A stretch of DNA of 64,000 nucleotides from an uncultured Enorma sp. (GTDB lineage: Bacteria; Actinomycetota; Coriobacteriia; Coriobacteriales; Coriobacteriaceae): assembly GCF_905210055.1 (NCBI RefSeq), contig NZ_CAJLVH010000001.1; one strand, 5' to 3'. This document shows, in pieces, positions 1 through 8,909 of this stretch. Each line of letters begins with the position of its first letter. The first letter of the stretch is position 1. Below the pieces are notes generated by a model. That model saw only the letters and a list, made by a program, of their open reading frames with translations. It ran no database searches and was not told the origin of the DNA. The position numbers and the translations under genes are program-made.

Positions 1-136
1 GGCACGAGATAACGACGGCGATCCCCTCCTTGACGCCGGACTCCGCAATCACGCCGCGTACGCCCTCCGTGATATCCACGTAGGTCGGCTTTCCCGCGAG
101 CGTCTCCATCTGGAGCTTGCCTTTATAGACGGTCAC
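1..136 (-). CDS. YjbQ/UPF0047 family protein (N-terminal part; runs off window start)
   Basis: Manual translation from GTG at 136 after AGGAGG: MTVYKGKLQMETLAGKPTYVDITEGVRGVIAESGVKEGIAVVISC, typical YjbQ N-terminus; not in ORF track because truncated. Confidence 0.75.
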   Translation of the reverse strand, partial: MTVYKGKLQMETLAGKPTYVDITEGVRGVIAESGVKEGIAVVISC

Positions 137-139
137 GGC

Positions 140-844
140 TCACGCCTCCTTGCAGAAATCGGTGCGCGCCTGGTCGAGCGCCGCGAACATCTCATCGAGG
201 GTTGCGAACGGGTCGGCTGCCGCGACGATACCGGACGTGCCGCCCGTGCCGTCGGCGCCGTACTTGATTGCGTCGTAAACGTTCTGGCCGGTAGAAATGC
301 CGGCGGCCTGGAGCACGAGCGTCTCGGGCGAGACCGCCTTCACGGCCTCGGTCGAGCCGCGCATGTAGTCCTCGCCGGCAACCTGACCGGTGCCGATGAG
401 GCTCGTGAGCTCGCAGACCATGACGTCCGGCTTGAGCGAGGCGATCATCTCGCCCTCTTCGACCGAGTCTGCGCACACAACCGTGAGGATGCCGACTTCG
501 TTGGCGCGCGCGATCGTCGCGGCGAGCTCATGAACGGTGCAGGGATTCTCCGCGTGGTTCAGGAACGTCGCCTTCACACCTGCGGCGGCAAGCGCCTCGG
601 GCAGAATATGACCCATTCCGCGGCCGGGCTTCAGACTCTCCATGGCCTGAGCGCACGGCACGAGGTGCGGGCACTCCGCGATGATGCGCGGCAAATCGAT
701 GAGCTGTGCGGTGAAGAGGCAGTCGATGTCATACCGCTCTGCCAGCTCGTCTGCCTTCCGTGCCAACGCGAGGGCATCGTCTCCATAGAGATACGATTTG
801 GGGTTGACCACGAAAAACGGCTTTCTAAGACGTACCTTCTCCAT
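140..844 (-). CDS. Triosephosphate isomerase-like protein, short (archaeal-type) form
   Basis: VNPK (Lys), LNHAE (His), VCEL..LIGTG (Glu) motifs, AAGIS and GTSGI; start could be 853. Confidence 0.85.
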   Translation of the reverse strand: MEKVRLRKPFFVVNPKSYLYGDDALALARKADELAERYDIDCLFTAQLIDLPRIIAECPHLVPCAQAMESLKPGRGMGHILPEALAAAGVKATFLNHAENPCTVHELAATIARANEVGILTVVCADSVEEGEMIASLKPDVMVCELTSLIGTGQVAGEDYMRGSTEAVKAVSPETLVLQAAGISTGQNVYDAIKYGADGTGGTSGIVAAADPFATLDEMFAALDQARTDFCKEA

Positions 845-895
845 AGGCAGCATCCCTTCCATCGACTCCCAACCAGAGTGCGCCTATGTTGGCGC

Positions 896-925
896 AAACT
901 TGTACATCTTTTTATATACAAGTTT
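896..925. promoter_or_regulatory. Putative GntR/HutC-family operator upstream of the TPI-like operon
   Basis: AAACTTGTA-N12-TACAAGTTT inverted repeat in an AT-rich gap with extra TGTATATA/ACAAGTTT half-sites; HutC-type regulator adjacent. Confidence 0.55.
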
Positions 926-1002
926 CAACACATGTATATAGTTTTTGAACAAGTTTGCAAGGTAAAAATGCACAAATCTCCGTGAGCGGTCGATGGATTT
1001 CG

Positions 1003-1830
1003 TTAATCGGGCTGTACGGCGTTACTTACGATCGACTGCCCGGGGCGGAACCAGGTGGTGCCCCATTCGACAGGGCGATGGTCAGCGAGGCTGATAGTCT
1101 GCTCGAGCAAAAGGATGGCGGCAGTCTCCTCGCAGGCGAGCAGATCTCCGTGCTCTTTGCCTGCGATGCGTGCAGCATAGCGCATCTTCGAATATTTGAT
1201 CTTGCGCCCTGCACAGCGCTCGACGGCGTCGAATAGCGATTCATTCCGATAGTCGATATCGCAAAGGCCGGGGCACTCCTGCAGGCTGAGCCAGCTCTCC
1301 TGGCACATGATGGGCACACCGTCGACGTAACGCACGCGGCGCAGGAACATCACGTCGCTATGGGGCGGGACGTCGAGCTCGATCGCCACATCGGAAGGCG
1401 CGGGCGTCACCCATTCGTCGACGACGACCGTTTTGAACGCCTTCCCTTGGTTGTGTAGAGCCTCAGCGAACGAGAACGGGCGGGACTCCAGGGCATGGGA
1501 GAGGCCGGGCTCGGCGACAAAGGTGCCGCGTCCGTGCTCGCGCACGAGTAGTCCTTCGTCCACGAGCGCGCTGATGGCACGGCGAACAGTTCCACGCGCC
1601 AGACGGTACTGCGCCATAAGTTCATGTTCCGAGGGAATCTTGCTCTTCACCGCCCACTCACGAGAATAGATCTTCTCGCGGATGATGTCGCTGAGCTGGG
1701 TATAGAGCGCGGGTGCCGCTTTTTCCGCATGGCTTTGCAGGGCTGAACCCTTCAGGGCTTCTCCGAATCCTATAGTATCGTCCTCCTCGGGTACGAACGG
1801 ACCCGATGCGCTCAGCTGCCTGTTTGCCAT
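1003..1830 (-). CDS. GntR family regulator, HutC/UTRA subfamily
   Basis: wHTH LYTQL..IPSEHEL..ARGTVRRAI..GRGTFV plus C-terminal UTRA-like domain. Confidence 0.9.
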   Translation of the reverse strand: MANRQLSASGPFVPEEDDTIGFGEALKGSALQSHAEKAAPALYTQLSDIIREKIYSREWAVKSKIPSEHELMAQYRLARGTVRRAISALVDEGLLVREHGRGTFVAEPGLSHALESRPFSFAEALHNQGKAFKTVVVDEWVTPAPSDVAIELDVPPHSDVMFLRRVRYVDGVPIMCQESWLSLQECPGLCDIDYRNESLFDAVERCAGRKIKYSKMRYAARIAGKEHGDLLACEETAAILLLEQTISLADHRPVEWGTTWFRPGQSIVSNAVQPD

Positions 1831-2012
1831 GACGTCTCGTTACCAACCTGCTCGACGGGATGTTGCATCTACCATCTTATCGCGACCGACTCTGCCCCCG
1901 CAAATAATGCAGACGAGCGCTTGAGCGCCCGCCGGGGCTGCGCGCGGCGGGTTCGAATTGTCCTGTCCCCGGATACGAAAAGACCCCGCGGCAGCGGGGC
2001 CGATGTGGTCTC

Positions 2013-2033
2013 TGGTGGAGGTAAGGGGGTTCG
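2013..2033 (-). repeat. Isolated tRNA-Ala-like 3' fragment followed by terminator (1978-2001)
   Basis: Minus strand CGAACCCCCTTACCTCCACCA = half T-arm plus acceptor strand with U70, A73, CCA; no 5' half present. Confidence 0.65.
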
Positions 2034-2160
2034 CCGCTCGCTGCGCTCGCTCCCTCCGCTGCGGCGGCTGCGCCGCCTTGCGCGCTCCGCGGCAAACGCT
2101 CGCGCGTTTGCGCCGCTTCGCGCCCTACGGGTTCGAATCCCTGCTTTCGCTAGCAAAAGG

Positions 2161-2183
2161 CCCGGCACCACAAGGACGCCGGG
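2161..2183 (-). terminator. Hairpin terminator after tRNA-Ser(UGA)
   Basis: cccggc-accacaaggac-gccggg stem followed by CTTTT on the minus strand. Confidence 0.6.
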
Positions 2184-2196
2184 CGTGCAAGTCGCA

Positions 2197-2286
2197 TGGC
2201 GGAGAGAGAGGGATTCGAACCCTCGAGACGCTCGCGCGCCCAACGGTTTTCAAGACCGCCGCATTCAACCGCTCTGCCATCTCTCC
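2197..2286 (-). tRNA. tRNA-Ser(UGA)
   Basis: GGAGAGATGGCAGAGCGG...CT TGA AA...long variable arm...GGTTCGAATCCCTCTCTCTCCGCCA, 90 nt, encoded CCA. Confidence 0.97.
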
Positions 2287-2338
2287 GTGACAGGTAATGA
2301 TAGCATCGTTCAAAAGGATTTGCGGCGGAAGGGCGAAT

Positions 2339-4129
2339 ATGGATATGCACGAGCAGGACGAGCGCTTCATGCGCGAGGCGCTTGCCGAGGCGCAGGCCGC
2401 CGCCGAGTTGGGCGAGGTGCCCATCGGCGCCGTCGTGGTGTATAAAGGCGAGATCATTGCGCGCGCACACAACCGGCGCGAGCTGGACGAAGATCCTTCC
2501 GCGCACGCGGAATTCCTGGCGATGCTCGAGGCTGCTCGCTCGCTCGGTCGCTGGCGGCTTACAGGTTGCACGGTGTACGTGACGCTCGAGCCGTGCCTCA
2601 TGTGCGCGGGCCTTATGGTGAACGCGCGCGTGGATCGCTGTGTATATGGTGCGGCCGACCCCAAGGGAGGCGCGACGGGCACGCTTTTCCGTGTGAACGA
2701 GGACGCGCGGCTGAACCACCATTTCAACGTGACCGCCGGCGTGCTGGAGGGCGAATGCGCTGAGGCGCTGCGCTCGTTCTTCGCGCGGGTGCGTGCAGGT
2801 GAGCGCGTGCAGGGCGATGCGCATGAAGATGCTCGCATGCGGGCATTCGAGGAGATGCACGCTACGGACGCGAACGATTTCGTTGCGCAGGCGCACGTCG
2901 CCACCCCGTCTCCGCGCGTGCTCCTTGCAATTGACTCCTTCAAGGGGTGCGCGGGCAGCGCGGAGGTCGAGGCGTGGACGGCGGAGGGCATCCGTCATGC
3001 ATGCCCGGGCGCGCAGGTGACTATGCTTCCCATGGCGGACGGCGGGGAGGGCACTGTCGAGGCGCTCCATGTTGCCTTGGGAGGGGAGCTTGTGACGCGT
3101 CGCGTCTCGGGCCCGCTTGGCGAGCCGGTGGAGGCGTCGTATCTCTTATCGCAAAGCTCCGAGGGCATCTTCGCGGCGATTGAGATGGCCGAGGCTGCGG
3201 GTATCGAGTATTCGCCATGCACGCATGAGGCGGCGCTGCGGGCTTCGACGTTCGGCGTGGGCGAGCTGCTGCTCGACGCTGTGGCGCGGGGCGCGCAGAC
3301 GGTGTATTTCGCTATCGGCGGCAGCGCGACGAATGATGGTGGTGCAGGCTTTTTACAGGCGTTGGGCGGCCAGCTGCTCGATGCCCAGGGCAGGGAGATC
3401 GCGTGCGGTCTCGCTGGTTTGGTGAGCCTGTCCTGTGTGGACCTCGCCCCGGCAGTCAACGCGCTTGGCTCCTGCAAGCTCGTGGTGCTTTCCGACGTGG
3501 ACAACCCGCTCGTGGGAAAGCGTGGCGCGCTGCGCATGTATGGTGCCCAGAAGGGGCTGCTCTCTGGCGACGACTATGTGGGCGATGAGGCGGAGACCGA
3601 GCGTCTTTTGGCTGTGTACGATAGTTGGATGGTGGCATACGGGCGTGCGCTCGACGAGGCAAGAACAAAGCTCGATTGTTCAGATAAGGCCGAAACATCT
3701 CCTCGTTTCCATTCTGTCTTGGGCGTTCCCGGCGGTGGTGCGGCGGGCGGTCTCGGTGCAGCGCTGCTTGCCCTCGGCGCGCGTATGACCTCGGGAACGA
3801 ATGCGGTGCTCGATCTTATTGGATTTGACGAGGCACTTGCTGACGCCGACCTGCTCATTACGGGCGAGGGCTTTATGGATGAGCAGACGGCGCACGGTAA
3901 GGCTCCGGCGGGCGCGGCAGCCCGTGCGAAGAAGCGGGGAGTGCCCACTATAGCGCTGGTAGGTGGGCGCGCAGACGACATTGACGACGTCTATGCCGCC
4001 GGCATTGACCTTGTGCTACCCATCGTGCGAAAGCCCATGTCGCTTGCGGAGGCGCTCGATCCTCACGAGGCGCAGGCAAACCTCCGTGCCGCCGGTGAGG
4101 CTGCCATGCACGCATATCTTCTGATGTAA
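2339..4129 (+). CDS. tadA: tRNA adenosine(34) deaminase TadA fused to glycerate kinase (GlxK type)
   Basis: N-terminal GEVPIGAV, SAHAE, TLEPCLMC, LRSFF; C-terminal AIDSFKG, PMADGGEGT, GGSATNDGGAG, GAAGGLG, ITGEG; one continuous frame. Confidence 0.9.
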   Translation: MDMHEQDERFMREALAEAQAAAELGEVPIGAVVVYKGEIIARAHNRRELDEDPSAHAEFLAMLEAARSLGRWRLTGCTVYVTLEPCLMCAGLMVNARVDRCVYGAADPKGGATGTLFRVNEDARLNHHFNVTAGVLEGECAEALRSFFARVRAGERVQGDAHEDARMRAFEEMHATDANDFVAQAHVATPSPRVLLAIDSFKGCAGSAEVEAWTAEGIRHACPGAQVTMLPMADGGEGTVEALHVALGGELVTRRVSGPLGEPVEASYLLSQSSEGIFAAIEMAEAAGIEYSPCTHEAALRASTFGVGELLLDAVARGAQTVYFAIGGSATNDGGAGFLQALGGQLLDAQGREIACGLAGLVSLSCVDLAPAVNALGSCKLVVLSDVDNPLVGKRGALRMYGAQKGLLSGDDYVGDEAETERLLAVYDSWMVAYGRALDEARTKLDCSDKAETSPRFHSVLGVPGGGAAGGLGAALLALGARMTSGTNAVLDLIGFDEALADADLLITGEGFMDEQTAHGKAPAGAAARAKKRGVPTIALVGGRADDIDDVYAAGIDLVLPIVRKPMSLAEALDPHEAQANLRAAGEAAMHAYLLM

Positions 4130-4206
4130 GGCGTCACATTACCCCAGGGGTTTTTCGACATCTGCCAATTGGCCAATGTCGAAAACCCCTGGAGTAATTT
4201 GATGCC
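4130..4206. repeat. Family A palindromic element, copy 1
   Basis: Arms ggcgtcacattaccccaggggtttttcgacat / atgtcgaaaacccctggagtaatttgatgcc; near-identical arms at 24428 and 37024. Confidence 0.85.
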
Positions 4207-4246
4207 GCCCGCACCGAGTCTCATGTAAAAAAGTCGCTGGGGTTAT

Positions 4247-4275
4247 TTTACATTCGAGAGGGAAACCGATAAGAT
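4247..4275 (+). promoter_or_regulatory. Sigma-70-type promoter of SRP RNA
   Basis: TTTACA-N17-TAAGAT ending 6 nt before the RNA. Confidence 0.7.
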
Positions 4276-4281
4276 AACAGG

Positions 4282-4400
4282 ACGCCCTGCGCGTTCGATG
4301 GGTTCGGGTGACGATATGTTCCGAACCTGGTCAGGTCCGGGAGGAAGCAGCCATAAGGAGCCTCTGCCGGGCACCCGGATCCATCGAGCGCACGGGGCGT
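4282..4400 (+). ncRNA. ffs: Signal recognition particle RNA (small bacterial SRP)
   Basis: Core GAACCTGGTCAGGTCCGGGAGGAAGCAGCCATAAG inside a long rod closed by acgccctgcgcgttcgatgg / ccatcgagcgcacggggcgt; downstream of tadA. Confidence 0.93.
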
Positions 4401-4603
4401 TTTGTTTTGGCGAGTTGCCGCGTGGGGCGGCTTGCCGCAATCCTCCGAAGGCCACGCGGGACGTCGGCCGCACTACGGATGTCGTGTCTTCCCTGCAATC
4501 CATGGTTTATGTCGCATTTTTTACCGCCTGATTATGGAAGCGTGGCAGTGCCCGGCGTATCATTTCGAGGATTGACGAATTGATCTCGATATCGAAGGAG
4601 CCC

Positions 4604-6532
4604 ATGCTTACCCTTCTTCGCCGATTCGCCGGCGCATACCGCCGCTATTTCATCGCAGGGCCCGCCTGCAAACTGCTTGAAGTGTTCTTCGACCTGCTCA
4701 CGCCACTCGTCATTGCGCGCATGATCGACGAGGGCGTCGGCGCGCGCGACCTTCCCGTCGTACTGCGCTACGGCTTGCTCTTGCTCATCATGGCCTCGAT
4801 TGGCATGGCGTTCACGCTCGTGTGCCAGAAGATGGCCGCGCTCGCCTCGCAGGGCATGGGGACGGACATCCGCCGTGACCTCTACCGCTCCATCAACCGG
4901 CTCTCGTACGCCGAGCTCGACCGTTTCGGCACGCCATCGCTTATCACACGCATCACCAACGACGTGAACCAGGTGCAGCTCGCCGTGGCGCTCGGTATTC
5001 GCCAGCTCATCCGTTGGCCGTTCCTTGCCGTGGGTTCCATGGTGGCGGCGCTCGCCATCGACGTGAAGCTCGGTCTCATCTTCCTTATCTCGACGCCGCT
5101 CATCGGGCTCGTGTTCTGGGTCGTTATGGCGCGCTGCGTGCCGTATTACCAGAGCATGCAGAAAAAGCTCGACCGCATTGCGCTCATCTGCCGCGAGGGG
5201 CTTTCCGGTGCGCGCGTGGTGCGGGCGTTCGTGCGCGAAGACCACGAGCGCGATCGCTTCCGCGATGCGGCGGCGGACCAAGCGGCGACCGCCATCGCGG
5301 TGGGCAAGCTCTCGAGCGTGCTGAACCCGGTGACGTTTCTCGTTATGAACCTCGGCGTGTGCGCGATCCTCTGGGCGGGCGGCATCCAGGTGAACGTGGG
5401 CGCGCTCACACAGGGCGAGGTCATGGCATTCGTGAACTACATGACGCAGACGCTGCTTTCCATCGTGTACGTGGCGAATCTCGTGGTGGTGTTCACGCGA
5501 GCGAGTGCTTCAGCCGCTCGTGTGAACGAGGTGCTTGAGTGTGAGCCGAGCATTTCGGATGAGGGCGCCGCGCCTGTCGATGTAGAGGCTGCGCTCGCGG
5601 CGGGTGCTCCGGCGCTTCGCATGGACGATGCGTGTTATGCGTTCGCCGGGTCTGCCGTGAACGCCGTCGACCGCGCGACGTTCGCGCTGCGCCCGGGGCA
5701 GACGCTCGGCGTCATCGGCGGTACCGGTTCGGGCAAGTCGACGCTTGTCTCGCTCATCCCGCGCCTGTACGACACGACGTCAGGTTCGGTCGAGGTGTTC
5801 GGCTGCGACGTGCGCACGTGGCCGCTCAAGCAGCTGCGCCACGCGGTGGGTATCGTTCCGCAGAAGGCATCGCTCGTTTCCGGCACGATTCGCTCGAACC
5901 TGTGCTGGCGCGATGCCAACGCTTCGGACGATGAGCTGTGGGGCGCGCTCGAGTGCGCCCAGGCGGCGGAGTTCGTGCGCAAGCTCCCGGAAGGCCTGGA
6001 TAGCCCGGTCGAGGCGGGCGGCAAGAACTTCTCGGGCGGCCAGCGCCAGCGCCTTACGATCGCCCGCGCGCTCGTGGGGGAGCCGCTCGTGCTCATTCTG
6101 GACGATTCCGCCTCTGCCCTCGACTTCAAAACGGATGCTGCGCTGCGCCATGCGATCCGCTCCCGCTCGCAAGCCAGCAATGAACCACCCATTGGGGACG
6201 GGGGTTATTGGCTGGCCGGCAAGAACGTAGCGGACGCGGCCGATGCGCCTGCAAACGAAGCGGTGAATCCTGCGGCGCCGCTTACCACGGTGATCGTTTC
6301 GCAACGCGTCTCATCTGTGCGCGACGCGGATCTCATCTGCGTCATGCGGCGCGGAAAGGTCGTGGGACTCGGCACGCACGACGAGCTTTTGCATTCGTGC
6401 GAGGTCTACCAGGAGATCTGCCTCTCGCAGCTCAAGCGCGAGGAGCTGGGACTCAATAAACCGGCGCCTGGTGAAGGTCTGGACTCTGGACTGGAATTAT
6501 CGCGTTCGTCGCATGCAGAGGGGGTGGCGTAG
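4604..6532 (+). CDS. ABC exporter, fused permease/ATPase (heterodimer subunit 1)
   Basis: Six TM-like segments, GGTGSGKS, FSGGQRQR, degenerate LILDDS and SQR switch; AAGGAG RBS. Confidence 0.93.
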   Translation: MLTLLRRFAGAYRRYFIAGPACKLLEVFFDLLTPLVIARMIDEGVGARDLPVVLRYGLLLLIMASIGMAFTLVCQKMAALASQGMGTDIRRDLYRSINRLSYAELDRFGTPSLITRITNDVNQVQLAVALGIRQLIRWPFLAVGSMVAALAIDVKLGLIFLISTPLIGLVFWVVMARCVPYYQSMQKKLDRIALICREGLSGARVVRAFVREDHERDRFRDAAADQAATAIAVGKLSSVLNPVTFLVMNLGVCAILWAGGIQVNVGALTQGEVMAFVNYMTQTLLSIVYVANLVVVFTRASASAARVNEVLECEPSISDEGAAPVDVEAALAAGAPALRMDDACYAFAGSAVNAVDRATFALRPGQTLGVIGGTGSGKSTLVSLIPRLYDTTSGSVEVFGCDVRTWPLKQLRHAVGIVPQKASLVSGTIRSNLCWRDANASDDELWGALECAQAAEFVRKLPEGLDSPVEAGGKNFSGGQRQRLTIARALVGEPLVLILDDSASALDFKTDAALRHAIRSRSQASNEPPIGDGGYWLAGKNVADAADAPANEAVNPAAPLTTVIVSQRVSSVRDADLICVMRRGKVVGLGTHDELLHSCEVYQEICLSQLKREELGLNKPAPGEGLDSGLELSRSSHAEGVA

Positions 6533-8410
6533 ATGGCAAACCCGTACGCTTCGGTTGGCTCGGTCGCTACGGTGACGTCGAACATCTCCGGTCAGGACTC
6601 CAACATGAACGATCTCGGCGGTCCCGGCGCCGGCGGCAGCGGTTCCGGCTCCGCGCAGCGTTATAGCACCGGTGAGGTTACGCGGCGCTTGCTTTCCTAC
6701 GTGCGCCCGCATGCCGTGACGTTCGGCATCTCGTTCATCTCTGCCGCCCTCTCCGTGGTGCTCCAGCTCTATGTGCCCATCCTCATCGGCCGCGGCATCG
6801 ACCTCATTATCTCTGCCGGTGCGGTGGACTTCGACGCGCTGCTCCCGCTCATCCAGCAACTCGCGCTCGTGATCGTGGGCGCGGCCGCCTTCCAATGGTT
6901 GCAGGGCTACTGTGTGAACCGCCTCTCATACGAGACGGTGCGTGATATGCGCGTGGAGGCGAATAACAAGCTCTTCCGCATGCCGCTTTCGTTCATCGAT
7001 AGCCACGCGCACGGCGACCTCATCAGCCGCGTGGTGAACGACGTCGACCAGGTGGGCGACGGCCTGCTGCAGGGCTTCACCCAGCTCTTCACCGGTGTGG
7101 TGACCATCGTGGGCACGCTTGTGTTCATGCTCTCCATCTCGGTGCCCATGGCGGTGGTCGTGGTGCTCGTGACCCCGCTTTCCGTGCTCGTGGCGTCGCT
7201 TATCGCGAAGTTCTCCAACAAGAGCTTTACCGCGCAGCAGCGCACGCAAGGTCAGCTTGGCGGGTATGTCGAGGAGCTCGTGGGCAACCAGAAGCTCGTC
7301 GATGCATTCGCGTACGGTGACGAGGCCCAGGCGGGTTTCGACGCCATCAATGCCGAGCTGTACACCGCGGGCGAGCGCGCGCAGTTCCTGAGCTCGCTTT
7401 CGAACCCCGGGACGCGCTTCGTGAACAATATCATCTACGCCGTGGTGGCGATCATCGGGTGCGCGTGCGTGATCACGGGCATCCCCGCCGCGCTCACCGT
7501 GGGCGAGGTGCAGACGTTCCTTTCCTACGCGAACCAGTACACCAAGCCGTTCAACGAGATCACGAGCGTCATCACGCAGATTCAGACGGCCTATGCTTCG
7601 GCGCGGCGTCTGTTCGCCCTGCTTGACGCCACAGAGGAAGATCCCGATGCCGCCGATGCCCGCGAGCTTGCGGCACCCGCCGGCGAGGTTGAAATCGACC
7701 ATGTGGACTTCTCCTATGTGCCCGAGCGTCCGCTGCTGCGCGATATCTGCGTGCATGCGCGCCCCGGCATGCGCTTCGCGCTGGTGGGTCCCACGGGATG
7801 CGGCAAGACGACCCTCATCAACCTGCTGCTTCGCTTCTACGACGTGGATGCGGGTGAGGTGCGGATCGATGGCGAGCCAGTACGCAGCCTCACGCGGGCG
7901 AGCCTGCGGCGCGCGTTCGGCATGGTGCTGCAGGATACCTGGCTGTTCGAGGGCACGGTGCACGACAACATTGCATATGGCATGCCGAGCGCGACGCGCG
8001 AGCAGGTCATCGCGGCGGCCAAGCGCGCGCATGCGGACTCGTTCATCCGCGCGCTGCCGCAGGGCTACGATACGGTGATTCCCGAGGATGGCGGTACGTT
8101 CAGTCAGGGTCAGAAGCAGCTGCTGTGCATCGCGCGCGTCATGCTCACCGATCCGGCCATTCTTCTGCTTGACGAGGCGACATCGTCGATCGATACGCGC
8201 ACCGAGCTGCAGGTTCAAGCGGCGTTCGACGAGATGGTCGCAGGACGCACGAGCTTCATCGTGGCGCACCGCTTGAGTACGATTCGCAACGCCGATTGCA
8301 TCCTATACATGCGTGACGGCCAGATTCTGGAGCGCGGTACGCACGATGAGCTGCTCGCTCGCGGCGGTGCTTACGCAGAGCTCTACAACTCGCAGTTCGC
8401 CGAAGCGTAA
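6533..8410 (+). CDS. ABC exporter, fused permease/ATPase (heterodimer subunit 2)
   Basis: TM domain, GPTGCGKT, FSQGQKQL, LLLDEAT, AHRLST. Confidence 0.94.
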   Translation: MANPYASVGSVATVTSNISGQDSNMNDLGGPGAGGSGSGSAQRYSTGEVTRRLLSYVRPHAVTFGISFISAALSVVLQLYVPILIGRGIDLIISAGAVDFDALLPLIQQLALVIVGAAAFQWLQGYCVNRLSYETVRDMRVEANNKLFRMPLSFIDSHAHGDLISRVVNDVDQVGDGLLQGFTQLFTGVVTIVGTLVFMLSISVPMAVVVVLVTPLSVLVASLIAKFSNKSFTAQQRTQGQLGGYVEELVGNQKLVDAFAYGDEAQAGFDAINAELYTAGERAQFLSSLSNPGTRFVNNIIYAVVAIIGCACVITGIPAALTVGEVQTFLSYANQYTKPFNEITSVITQIQTAYASARRLFALLDATEEDPDAADARELAAPAGEVEIDHVDFSYVPERPLLRDICVHARPGMRFALVGPTGCGKTTLINLLLRFYDVDAGEVRIDGEPVRSLTRASLRRAFGMVLQDTWLFEGTVHDNIAYGMPSATREQVIAAAKRAHADSFIRALPQGYDTVIPEDGGTFSQGQKQLLCIARVMLTDPAILLLDEATSSIDTRTELQVQAAFDEMVAGRTSFIVAHRLSTIRNADCILYMRDGQILERGTHDELLARGGAYAELYNSQFAEA

Positions 8411-8477
8411 GCGACGTAAAACTACCCTTACCCTAGGGGTTTTCTAACGCCACATCTCTGGGGTGTTTCGTGCCCCG

Positions 8478-8561
8478 CGGCGGCAAGCTCTGCGGCGGCA
8501 AGTCCCCCGGCGGCAAGCTCTGCGGCGGCAAGTCCCCCGGCGGCAAGCTCTGCGACGACAA
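8478..8561. repeat. Tandem repeat of alternating 15-bp units
   Basis: CGGCGGCAAGCTCTG / CGGCGGCAAGTCCCC alternate for five units plus a degenerate sixth. Confidence 0.9.
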
Positions 8562-8565
8562 AAGA

Positions 8566-8693
8566 TTCGGATATCAACGGTTGTTTTCAAAGTCGTCGAG
8601 TAGACGCGCAACATTGTCGACGTTTCCCCAGGTAACAGATATCTGAAAACACTCGCTACTCGGCGCTAGGCAAAACAACCGTTGATATCCGAA
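8566..8693. repeat. 128-bp element with 22-bp perfect terminal inverted repeats (MITE/REPIN-like)
   Basis: TTCGGATATCAACGGTTGTTTT (8566-8587) / AAAACAACCGTTGATATCCGAA (8672-8693). Confidence 0.75.
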
Positions 8694-8790
8694 AGTTTTG
8701 TGCGAGACGCGAGCGGTTTTGCTCGAGGCGCGGAATGTCCTTGCGAAAGACGTCGATTTTTCCAAAAAACCTCTTGCGCTGTGTATAACT

Positions 8791-8822
8791 GTGTATATAC
8801 TGTAGCTATCGAGTATATACAC
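8791..8822. promoter_or_regulatory. YtrA-type operator overlapping promoter
   Basis: GTGTATATACT-N10-AGTATATACAC perfect inverted repeat; TTGCGC-N16-TATACT overlaps it; YtrA-like gene follows. Confidence 0.75.
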
Positions 8823-8909
8823 TATACTCGGTTGGCGGGGCGTTGGGACGTCAAGCGATTCCGTCGGCCGTTTGAGGGACGCCTCGACGGCGATACGAAA
8901 GGAAGTCGT

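Noticed and set aside
8478..8561. Possible CRISPR array
   Set aside because: Units are 15 bp with no unique spacers and no cas genes in the window
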